Source of the DNA: Cladosporium halotolerans
Lineage: Eukaryota
NCBI RefSeq assembly: GCF_011745625.1
Contig: NW_027191457.1
Span: forward strand, 682,001 to 746,000
Direction of reading: 5' to 3'
DNA: 64,000 bases
The translations under genes and the position numbers were made by a program. The notes under the pieces were generated by a model. That model was not told where the DNA came from, made no database searches, and was given only the letters and a program-made list of their open reading frames with translations. Below, in pieces: positions 23,331-33,799 of this stretch; within the stretch, counting starts at the first letter, position 1; each line of letters begins with the position of its first letter.

Positions 23331-24335
23331 ATGTCTTCCAAGCTTATCGTCGTTGTCGGTGCTACCGGTCTTCAGGGAGGCTCGGTCGCCCGTCACTTCG
23401 CCAAAATGAGTGGATGGAAAGTGAGAGGCATCACTCGCAACCCCGAAAAGCCCTCCAATGCCCCCCTACGCGAACTGGGCATCGACCTTATCTTCGCCGA
23501 TCTCAACGATCCTGTCTCGCTGGACAAAGCCTTTCAAGGCGCGAACGTCATCTTCGCCAACACCGACTTCTGGCAGTTCCTCAACGATCCGTCTACCTAC
23601 GCAGAGGCCGAGAAGCAAGGCAGATACCCGAACCAGATAGCTGAAGATCTAGAGATACAGCAAGGCAAGAACGCCGCCGATGCCGCGGCAAGGCACGCTG
23701 GTACTCTGGACCGCTTCGTCTGGTCTACGCTGAGCGACATCAAGAAATGGAGCAAAGGGGAATTCGCCTGGAACCTGCACTTCAACTCGAAAGCCGCCGT
23801 CACGGACTACATCAAGGAGTCTCATCCTGACTTAGCGGCGAAGACGAGCTACCTCCAAGTCGGAATGTACCTTCAGAACTGGAAGATGAACCCGGCTCTG
23901 AGGCCTAGGAAGGAGTCCGACGGCACGTTCACCATGGATATTCCGAAGGACATGGATCATGATATTGGTGCACCGTTGGTTGATCCTTCTCATGACACTG
24001 GGTTCTTCGTCGAAGCCCTCGTTCGTGAGCCAGCTGGCGCGAACATGATCGGGTATGCCAAATCGATGACATTCGGTGATTTGTGGCGCACGTGGGCGAA
24101 GATTCAAGGCGTCGAGCTGAAGATCCAAGATCGTGAAATCGACTTTGGCGAAATGCCGGAGTTTCTGGCTTGGGAGTTCAAGGATGGATTCAACGCTTGG
24201 AGGAAGCTTGGGTTTGCCGGAGGCGATCCGGAGGCGAAGGGATGTGAGGAGTTCGGTGTCGATATGAACAAACTAACCGATGTCGAAGGGTGGATTCGCA
24301 AGGAGGACTTCTCCAGCCTTCTCAAAGGGAAGTGA
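23331..24335 (+). CDS. NmrA-like NAD(P)-binding protein, 334 aa
   Basis: IVVVGATGLQGGSVA Rossmann motif, VRGITRNP, FVWSTL, HFNSKA. Confidence 0.9.
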   Translation: MSSKLIVVVGATGLQGGSVARHFAKMSGWKVRGITRNPEKPSNAPLRELGIDLIFADLNDPVSLDKAFQGANVIFANTDFWQFLNDPSTYAEAEKQGRYPNQIAEDLEIQQGKNAADAAARHAGTLDRFVWSTLSDIKKWSKGEFAWNLHFNSKAAVTDYIKESHPDLAAKTSYLQVGMYLQNWKMNPALRPRKESDGTFTMDIPKDMDHDIGAPLVDPSHDTGFFVEALVREPAGANMIGYAKSMTFGDLWRTWAKIQGVELKIQDREIDFGEMPEFLAWEFKDGFNAWRKLGFAGGDPEAKGCEEFGVDMNKLTDVEGWIRKEDFSSLLKGK

Positions 24336-24716
24336 CCATTGTCATGAGCGGCGATTTGGTCTGAAGGATTGTCACATGTCCCTGACATTCAGGTTTGATC
24401 AAGGTTGCCGATTGAGACGGGCCAATCGGAGTTAGGAACTATAGGAAGCAGCGTACTTGCCAATCTAAGCAATCGGCTACTTTGACCTTTCTTTGTATTT
24501 GCAGAACCCCGCAGCATGTACGAGCCGCCCTAGTTTCAAATAAATTGAGCTGTGTTGTACCGTGGCGGCACAAGATTATTACCACAACTTGCAAAGGACA
24601 CCTCTATGCTAGTCTCGTTCATCGAACTTCAAGCTTGAAATCGCTTTTTTGATTACGTGTCCGAATGCCCTGACCGAGGGGCATACGATGGGTGAAGGTC
24701 GACACCTCCACGCCAA

Positions 24717-24858
24717 TTTAGCCGGCCAAACGAACGACTAGTATGGTTCGTCTGCTTTCCAACACTCGATGTACTCTTTCTTTTATTCTGCATCGCTCAC
24801 GGTACTCAGCCCTAAGCCCTAGAGACTTGCTGATGTCCGTTCCCAGAGACCGGCTAAA
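24717..24858. promoter_or_regulatory. Two candidate XlnR/Xyr1 sites (GGCTAAA) upstream of the acetylxylan esterase
   Basis: TTTAGCC at 24717-24723 and GGCTAAA at 24852-24858, 430-570 bp before ATG 25288. Confidence 0.5.
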
Positions 24859-25287
24859 CGGAGTGTCGACGCATCTGGATCAAAGCTTTGGCCAAGCGCA
24901 ATCTGGATATGCTGCTATGCTATCTGTTTGGCTCTAGTACGACATCGAACCATGTGGCAACCCTAATAATGTCTCTCATGGCCATGGCAAGCTTTGCACA
25001 AGGCCGACGCATCAAGGTCAAGCCGTCACCTCCGGCCATGTGCTATTGCCGCATCCAACTCATTGCCTACGCCACCTCATCTCACGGCTGAATGGAGAAA
25101 ATGAGGACTGGTGATGTGGCGGATCTATAACCTACTACCACCTTGTATTACCAGCCTATTACTGTCGGACCAAAGGAGCAATAGGCCTTATATACGACAT
25201 GCCTTCGCCTAAAGACGATTTCCAGCGACGAACGATCGGATTGCTACCTGCATATTTCTGTGCACATCAAAGGCCTCTTCCGCAACC

Positions 25288-26390
25288 ATGCATAAATCAC
25301 TTGCTGCTGCTGTAGCTCTCCTCCTCGCCACCTGTGGCGCCTCGCCTCTCGCCGCTCTCGAGGAACGCCAATCCAACTGCCCAAATGTCCACGTCTTTGG
25401 TGCCCGAGAGACGACTGCTCCTCCAGGCTACGGCAGCTCGTCGACCGTCGTCAACCTAGTCCTCAATGCCTACCCAGGCTCCACCGCCGAAGCAATCTCC
25501 TACCCAGCATGGTAACCTTCCCTCCTCCATCCCTCCCCCACCGACCAACCCTAACCTCCCCCCAGCGGCGGCCAATCCTCCTGCGGCGGCGCGACCTACG
25601 ACGCGTCCGTCCGCGCCGGCGTCTCCGCCATCGCCTCCGCCGTCAACTCCTTCAACACGCGCTGCCCGAACACGCAGCTCGTCATCGTCGGCTACTCGCA
25701 GGGCGCGCAGATCACCGACAACGCCTTCTGCGGCGGCCCAGACGCCAACCAGGGCTACTCGCAGACGAGCCCGGCCTTCAGCGCCGCCGCTCTGAACCAG
25801 ATCAAAGCCGTCATCGAGATGGGCAACCCGCGCTACCGCTACGGCGTCGCGTACCAGGTCGGCTCCTGCCGCACGCAGGGCTTCTCGCCGCGTCCGCAGG
25901 GCTACACTTGCTCTGTGAGTGATTCTGTGCCATCTCCCTTCCAAGACCGGCTGCTGATGAAGACTTCTTCCCAGTCCGCAAGCAAAATCCAGTCCTACTG
26001 CGACAGCCCGGACCCCTACTGCTGCACGGGCAACGACGCCAACGTGCACCAGGGCTACGGCTCCGTGTACGGGCAGGCGGCGTTGACGTTCATCAGGAGC
26101 AAGCTCAGCAGCAGCGGTGGCGGCGGCGGGCAGACAACGTCGCAGCCGCCGCCGCAGTCTACCTCGACGCGCACGACTAGCGCCGGCACGACGACCACGG
26201 CACCACCGGCGGGCGGCAGCTGCAGTGCTAAGTATGGGCAGTGTGGCGGTCAAGGGTATGTTGAGATGCTGTTCGAATGGAATTCGAGAGGACTCGGCTG
26301 ACTTCGTGATGCAGGTGGAATGGTCCGACTTGTTGCCAGAGCGGCAGCACTTGCAGGGCTTCGAACCAGTGGTATTCGCAGTGTCTTTGA
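25288..26390 (+). CDS. axe1: Secreted acetylxylan esterase (CE5, cutinase fold) with Ser/Thr linker and C-terminal CBM1; introns 25512-25565, 25915-25974, 26256-26314
   Basis: Signal peptide; CPNVHVFGARETT, GYSQGAQI nucleophile motif, SYCDSPDPYCC, HQGYG; spliced CBM1 [36 protein letters not shown]. Confidence 0.93.
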
Positions 26391-26645
26391 AAGACGCGAG
26401 GAATGAGCGTTGTGGAGACAGGAAGCTCTGATGGTAGGGCCGTCGACCTAGTATTGTGAACGACCAGATATTGGTATTGATGCGAATCACTTAAATCTTC
26501 CTTCTTTGCAGGCAGACTGCCCCCTGTTTTCATCGACGCAGTGATCATTGAATGTTGACAAAACCTAGGTGGAAGAACTTTTCATAGCTGACATTACTCG
26601 TCTAGTATTATTTCACCCAAAGGTCAGAATCATAACTCGTCAAAT

Positions 26646-29195
26646 CTAGCTGCTCACAACAGTAGCCTCCATGCGATCCCTAAGATCCCTGCTGCTGAAG
26701 CCGACGTCGAAGCCAAAGCTTCCAGTCGGGATCAGCCACTGCTGCGAAACGACGTCCCAGTAGCTCAGATCACGGCGCATGAGCTCGAAGCAAACAGTCT
26801 GCTCCTCACCAGGCTCAAGGTAGATCTTCTCGAAACCTCTCAGCTGGCGCACCGGAGTGCCCTCGGGCGCCGAAGACGGCAGCGAGACGTAGAGCTGCGG
26901 GATGGCGTGACCGGCAACGGCGCCGGAGTTGGAGACGGTCGCGTTGACGGTGTAGACGGTCTCCCAGTAGGCGGGGTTGCCGCCAGGGACGATTGGGAGG
27001 TCTTCGGGCTCGGAAGTGATGGACTCGCTGGCGGCGGCGCCGCTGATGCCGGAGGCGTTGAAAGTGGTGTACGAGAGGCCGTAGCCGAACTCGTAGCGCA
27101 CCGCGATGTCCTCGGCGTCGAAGTAGCGGTAGTCGATGTGCAGCTTTTCGTCGAACCAGGACTGCCAGTCGTCGATGCCGGTGGTGTTGATGGCGGTGGT
27201 GGGAGGGGCGTTGTAGTCGCTGCCGTTGAAGGCGATGGTGTAGGGCAGCTTGCCGGAGGGGTTGACCTTGCCGTAGAGAATGTCGACGATAGAGTTGCCG
27301 GACTCCTGGCCAGGGAAGTGGGCTGCAACGATGGCGGTGACGTTGGGGTGGTCGGCGAACGGAAGGAGGTTGATGCCAGAGGAGTGGGTGACGACGACCG
27401 TGTTGTTACAGACGTCGGCTACGGACTTGACGACCTCGTTGCCGTCCCAGTCGACGTTGAGGGACTCACGGTCAGCAGCCTCCTCAGCCCAAGTCTTCAG
27501 GAAAACGACGCAGACTTCCGGCTCCTTGGGGATCCAAAGAGACCTGACGTCAGAGTTGGCAATCAGAGTGTTGTTGAGCCAGTACTGGACCAGAGCATTG
27601 TCCTCCTTGGCCTGCTCCTGCATAGCGACGAGAGGGGTGACAAGGTAAGTAGCACGGCCAGTACCCGAGCCACCGCCAGCAATGAGAGTACCGTACTCGT
27701 AGTTTTGCTGGTTGAGCTGACCCTGGGTAGGCTCGGCGGCGTCGTTGCCGAAGATCGCAATCGACTTGGGTGCCTTGAGCGGGAGAGCGTTGTTCTCGTT
27801 CTTGAGGAGGATGGTAGCAGCTGCGCCGTGCTGACGGATGCGCTCGCCGTGGTTCTCGCGGACGTCCCTGCTGGAAGGGCCAGTCAGGTTCCAGTCGCGG
27901 AGCCAGGTGTCGATGGGCGAGAAGGTATTCAGGTAGCCAGTGGAGGGGTCGACGGTAGGGTAGTCCTTGTCCTGGCCCAGGAAGTAGTACGGAGCCATGA
28001 TACGAGTGATCATGTCGTCAATTCTGGACTCAGGGACGGTGCCGTTGCTGACCATGGCAGTGATGTTGCCACCGAAGTAAGAGCCAACACCGGTAACAGT
28101 ACCGTAGTTGCCAAGTCCTCCGGGCATGTTCATGTCGAGGCCACCCTCAACGGAGGCAACACCAGAGTGGACCGCACCCCAGTCAGACATGATGTAGCCC
28201 TGGAAGCCAAGCTCAGTCTTCAGGATACCGTTCTGAGCCTTGGAGTTCTCGCAAGCGTACGAGCCGTTCAGCCTCTGGTAGGCGCACATGAAGCTGGCGG
28301 CGCCAGCCTTGACGGCGTCAGCGAAGGGCCACAGGTACAGCTCATGCATAGTCCTGTCGTCGATGTTGCTGGAAAGCGCTTCCTGGACAACAGTGTTCAG
28401 GGTAGCGTTAGGATTGTAGGTGGGGTTCCTCTGAGTCTCCTGCTCGTTGCCAATGTAGTGCTTAGCAGTAGCCTGCACGCCAGCAGCCTGGTGTCCCATG
28501 ATCGTCTGGTACATGCCGATACCAGTCAGGTAAGGGTCGGGGGAGAAACCCTCCCAATTGCGTCCAGAGTAAGCAGAGCGTCCCAAAGGTCCAGCAACGG
28601 GCCTATTCGGCTGTCAGCAATTGCACGATGCCCGTTTCCTGGAGCAACTTACGAAAGCGCAACGTGAGCGCCCTTGGCCTTGAACTCCTTGCCCATAAGG
28701 AGACCTCTCTCGAAGAGAATGTCCTTGTCCCAAGTGCTCGCGGCAGAAACACCGGCAGAGAAGACGCTGACATAGTCGGCGACACGGTTTGAGAGCGGTC
28801 CGTCCTGAAGACAGAGACCGTTGAATCCAAGCCTCTCAATGGGCTCAATGTTTCCAACGCAGGGACCCGGTTGTCCCGTAACCATGATGGCCTTCTCTTC
28901 GAGCGTAAGCTCGGCCACGAAGGCCTTAGCCCTCTCGAAGGCTTCCTCCCATCCTCCGACACCAGTCGCGTTGGCTATAACTGTGTCAGCATTTGTTGCT
29001 CGTTTCCAGTATTTTGAATCCTCCAGACGTACGTGAAGGAAGGACAGCTGGAGAGTGTCCGTAGGGTCCGAGGATAGTAGTGTTCAGAGGCTGGACGTAG
29101 CTGAAGGCATCCGAGCCACGCTCTGCAGAGTCGTAAGCCTGAGCATTGACGCTAGGCAGGAGCAAAGGCAATACCAGAGGCAAGAGAGAGGCCAT
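26646..29195 (-). CDS. Secreted GH3 beta-glucosidase; introns 28975-29032 and 28603-28652
   Basis: Signal peptide MASLLPLVLPLLL; CLQDGP, GRNWEGFSPDPYL, KHYIGNEQE, YIMSDW nucleophile motif, C-terminal Fn3-like domain. Confidence 0.94.
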
Positions 29196-31355
29196 TGTGA
29201 ATTGTCTTGAAGATAGACTGGCTTGACTTACTCCAATGTTCAACGGGGATCAGCCCTTCTTATACCTTTCCAGAGCGATCGGACCTAACCCCTGCGTTCG
29301 CGAGATCAATTGCCGAATATGACGGGATGGGCACCGCACAACAGTGGTCGTGCCATGATGGGCCTTGCCTTTCCCGCGGCTCTTGGCATGGTCTGGGTGA
29401 AAAAGTTATGAGGACCTCCAAAATGTGCAACCCTAAGCAAAGCTTCCCACGCAAAGCCACCGTCTCGAGACAGCAGAAAGTCTAATCCCTCGGACGACGA
29501 CTGCGGTGGCCGGGGTCGCGACGCAATGAAGATCCACTCGCGTGGTGCATGCTGGGGTTACAGGGTTCGAAAGCGGAGAACCCGCACAAGTACACGAGGA
29601 GAAAGTGGATACTTTTTTTGACTCGAGTCATACTGGTAATGTCTTTGGCGGGCTTTGGTACCCGGCTCGGATATTGCCAGATTGGCGAAGAGGTAGTTCA
29701 GTTTCTTCGCTTGCATGGTATCTCGGTGCCTCTGCTGCGTCAAGTAACGACTCCAACGTGATTTGAGGACGGACTCTACTCTTCCTCCATTTGCCGGAGA
29801 GCAGAATGTTAGAAGGTCTGGAGAAGAGCCACAGGAGAGAGTACTAAGCGGTCAAGCATGCAGCGTGACATCTTTTGACAGCAAAGCTCTCCATGTGAGG
29901 CGAACAACAATAAGGGCATACTCCACACTGCAACGCCAACTGTGCCTCCATCGGGTCAACGGCCAGGCGAGCCGTCACGGTGGATCGAAACTCGAGCGAG
30001 TTGTGAGCACGGTGTACTCTAAAAAGTGAAGGCTCCATGCATAGTGGGACGATAGTTGACCCGAAGAGAGGAGTAGAAGCCGTCGCCAACGATGATCGGC
30101 ACATTCAAGAAGCTCGATTCAGACGCAGCCCCGACGTTGGGCTGAGGCCCTAGAGCGCCCGAGCGGAGACGACGGTGGGGAAGGTGGTGGCCAAGAACTG
30201 GTCTTATTCAAACCAAGAAACATGCTCGGGAAGTGTCCGGCTACAAGAGTCGGCTACTTCCGGTCCGGTATAGAGTCGACGGAGAACACTGTATGTAAAG
30301 CTGTGTCTTGGCCGCTTTCACGTCATTCTCATCAATTGATAGCGAGTCAAGTGAAATGGTCACGAACAACCCAAACCCTTCAGCGAGAGGTTGGCTGTGG
30401 TTGTCTTGACTCGATCCATGGGGCAGTGCGGTGCGGAGTGCATGTTCTTTCGCGGAGGCGAGAACGCGGAGTTTCTGGGGCCTGCCCTAAGTGAAGAGCA
30501 CGACCTCGAGGATGACGACGAAGCTTTTGGAATTCAAAAGCCGCTCTGGTGGTTGCTGGCGCATTATCCGATGTTGTGCCGCCGGATATCAGGGGGCGGA
30601 GAATTAGATGCAGGCATTTGTCCGCTTTCGTATGCACGGCAAGTGCTCGGCCCGTGTGGACGCTCCCAACCTCGCGACTCCTGATCACGATCAACGAGGC
30701 TAATGGAAGCAAGATTTGGAGGCGCCGAGTATGATGTTCTCTGCATCATCAGCATTTTGCCCGGCCCATTGCTGAACCGGAGCTCTCCGGGGCAGGAGTC
30801 GGTACTCGCCAACAACTGCAGCAATGCAAGTCATAGAGGTTATGTCATGCAGCCACGAGGCGAACTATCCACTACAGTTTACACTTTCGGTACGTGCATC
30901 CTGCACGGCGCCCTGGAGTAGTGGCTAGCGAGGATGAACTCTTTCCGAACACCACAAAGTACACTGGGGCACCGCGCGCGGCCGCACTCACACCACGCTC
31001 GACTGTGTTCGTGCGGACCAAGCGGTTGCATTCTCGTCCTCAACATGGGCCTGCTGTTGGAGATGCGTAACTTGCTTGGCTTACTAATTCTGCATACACT
31101 GATGCGCGATTTTCTGTGTTTCGACGGCACGTCGGCTTATGATTCTACCGATGACGCCGGACCAGTATCCATGTCGAAAACGGCAAGACAGCACAGAGAC
31201 GCGCGAGCAATTGAGACCAGCTCATCCATTCCTCTAATCAGTCGCTACCTAGACTGTCTGCATCCTGTCGGTGCTGTGTACTACCCAGTCGGATGCACTC
31301 GCCATCTACATTGCACAGGCATTGAACGCATTCGCCGTTATTGACCGATCAATTC

Positions 31356-32831
31356 TCAACCCAACCCTCCAATCTCCGCCGCAGCAGCCGCCACAACTGG
31401 CAACGCAACCTTCAGACCCAGCTCCGTCCTCGCCTGCAAACACGCCGCGCTCTCTCCATTGCCATTACTCGTAGACCTCCCGCCGCTGCCAGCTCCCGGC
31501 CGCTGTCCAGGCGGGCTAGCAGCAGTCCCAGTCGGATGCTCAACAGCAAACGTGCTGGTCACTTCGCGAACAGCAATAGTGACGTTCGGCCCGGTGCGAG
31601 GCACACAGTCCTGCAAATTGAAACTGCTGGTATTGCTCGCGTTCATGGCCGGCGGCAGGACAGGAAGTAGAGCCTGCACGGCCTCGAGAGCAGACATCTG
31701 CTGCCCTATCCCCGCGTTGCCGTCGAAGCCGCCCACGTACCATTTCTGTCCGCAGGTCGCGTTGTCGGATCCTGATGAACAGGCTAGCGTCACGGCTTCG
31801 GCGGAGGCCGTGAGCAGCGTGCGGATGGCGGGAAGAGTGTAAGGCGCGAGTACGGCTGTTTTGGCAAGGAAGCGCGACGCGTAGGCTTTGAAGGAGTACT
31901 GGTCGTTGTTGCACGTGTTGTAGGGCTCGCAGGCTTGCTCGAAGAGGACGTTCGTGGCGTTCTCCATGCTGTAGAAGTTCCTGATGGTCGCGCGCAGGAG
32001 TCCGGACGTGCGTTCTTCCCAGATGGCAGAGCCGTTGGTGTAGTTGTAGAGGTTTGCCGTGCCGTAGATCAGGAGCGCGGGGTTGTATGACCACATCGTG
32101 TGGTCCAGCTCGGTGCAGTTGATCTTCTCGTCGGTGCCGTCGAAGACGTTGTACTGGCCGTCAAACAACCCGATCGCGGTCATCCAGTCCCAGGCGCGAT
32201 CTGCCCATTCGACGTAGGTTTGATTTCCGGTGTAGCGGGCGAGGCGCGCGGCGATCTGGAAGAATGCACCGTTGGAGACCGTATTCTTGTAGAAGTAGCC
32301 TTTGTTGGACTCGAAAATTTGCCATTTCAGTCCACCACCGCATGTATCAGTCTCCCAACGCGGCCACTGAGTATTGAATACTGCTTCTGCAAGGGCAAGC
32401 CACTGCGGGAGATCGGGGCCAGGCGATGGATAATCGTGCTCGGCAGCAGAAAGAGCGGCAAGAGCCCAGAAGGCTTGGTCGTCATTGCCTAGGGAGGTGA
32501 AATAGGCAGGCGGCATGTAGTTGTCATCAGGCCCGACTTGTGCCTGCAGGGCCTGTGTGATCGTAGGGTTGTAGCTGGTATCCTTGGTGTATGCCCAGTA
32601 GTCCACGAGCCCTCCCCACATGGCACCAGCTTGCCACCAGTATAGAGGCTGAGGAAGTGTCCCAACATTCTCGGGCGGTGTGCCTGTCGAGTTCGTGTTA
32701 TAGTATGACATCAAATTGAACGCGAGCGAGGAGGAGGCATTCCGGATCGAAGGAGCCGAGGCGACGTCGAGATCCAGCGAGACCGTGGGAGGTATGAGGG
32801 CTGCGATGATAGCAGCCGCGATCCAAATCAT
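31356..32831 (-). CDS. DFG5: GH76 mannan endo-1,6-alpha-mannosidase/transglycosidase (Dfg5/Dcw1 family), probably GPI-anchored
   Basis: Signal peptide from ATG 32831; YWWQAGAMWG, LGNDDQAFW, CGGGLKWQIF, YKNTVSNG, SFKAY; hydrophobic C-terminus. Confidence 0.88.
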   Translation of the reverse strand: MIWIAAAIIAALIPPTVSLDLDVASAPSIRNASSSLAFNLMSYYNTNSTGTPPENVGTLPQPLYWWQAGAMWGGLVDYWAYTKDTSYNPTITQALQAQVGPDDNYMPPAYFTSLGNDDQAFWALAALSAAEHDYPSPGPDLPQWLALAEAVFNTQWPRWETDTCGGGLKWQIFESNKGYFYKNTVSNGAFFQIAARLARYTGNQTYVEWADRAWDWMTAIGLFDGQYNVFDGTDEKINCTELDHTMWSYNPALLIYGTANLYNYTNGSAIWEERTSGLLRATIRNFYSMENATNVLFEQACEPYNTCNNDQYSFKAYASRFLAKTAVLAPYTLPAIRTLLTASAEAVTLACSSGSDNATCGQKWYVGGFDGNAGIGQQMSALEAVQALLPVLPPAMNASNTSSFNLQDCVPRTGPNVTIAVREVTSTFAVEHPTGTAASPPGQRPGAGSGGRSTSNGNGESAACLQARTELGLKVALPVVAAAAAEIGGLG

Positions 32832-33324
32832 CTTGGGCAATGTGGTTTCGTCGAAAGGAGCGGAGGAAGAAAGCGTAGGCTGTGCAGACGCTCTTGTAGT
32901 ATTGAAAACTATCGGGGAATAATACTGATGCAAGTAAAGGTGCGAGAATGGCCTTGGAAGAAATTGCTCAGATAGGTAACACAATGTATAAGCCGCGTGA
33001 CGCTGCCAGCAGGTCAGTGGCACAGTCCATGAAGCATGTGCGTGGTACACACGCGGTGGCGACGAGAGTGAATGTCACAAGAAACAGTGAAGAACGAAGG
33101 CAGACGATGACGGATACAAAGACCTTGGCGAGGTGTGATATCCCGCCTCAAGCGCCCCGGGGAGCAAACAAAGATCCTGCATGACCACACGCGCATGCAG
33201 GGCCTTAAAGCCTCATCACTCTTGGGAGACGGAAATCGGTTGGTTGTCGATGAAACATGCGGTTTGCGTGGAGAAGAGATGACGTCGGAAGGGTGTTGGC
33301 GGCCTTGACACCGTCTGGGGTACG

Positions 33325-33343
33325 TAGGGTTAGGGTTGGGTTA
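33325..33343. repeat. Short interstitial telomere-like TTAGGG tract
   Basis: tagggttagggttgggtta, upstream of the GH76 gene. Confidence 0.5.
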
Positions 33344-33799
33344 ATGCTTCTTCATTCTTCTTGGTTTGATAAGAATCCGTCCGAATATTTGCCTCACCGC
33401 CTGACCAATTGTGCTACGTATGCAATTCTCATATTTTCTCAACTGGTTTCGGTGGGGTAGATCAACCCTAGAGCAACCCGGACGTGTGTCTGCATGATCT
33501 CGCTCATGAGCAACCGCCAGCAGCCACATCTACAAAGTTAATAAACGCTGGGTCACAACAACCACACTTTTCGCTTAGCATATTGAATCCAAAGCCTGCA
33601 AGAAAGTATTGAATATTCACAGGCCCTATCATAGGACTTCAGTCTCATGATTGACATAGTAGTCTGCTCGATAGTAGTCGAAGATCTGTACAAGAACGTT
33701 CATCTTCCCGCGCGGAATAGTTGCTCCACAGTACCACAAGGTCCCGAGGAAATGTCTAAAGATCTATTAAACATGTCCTAAACAAGTGCCCGCCCGCAT

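Noticed and set aside
26907..28667. 586-aa + strand ORF antisense to the GH3 gene
   Set aside because: Codon-aligned shadow of a GC3-biased gene; no motifs
29560..29585. GGGTTCGAAAGCGGAGAACCC hairpin resembling a tRNA T-arm
   Set aside because: No acceptor, D or anticodon stems could be built
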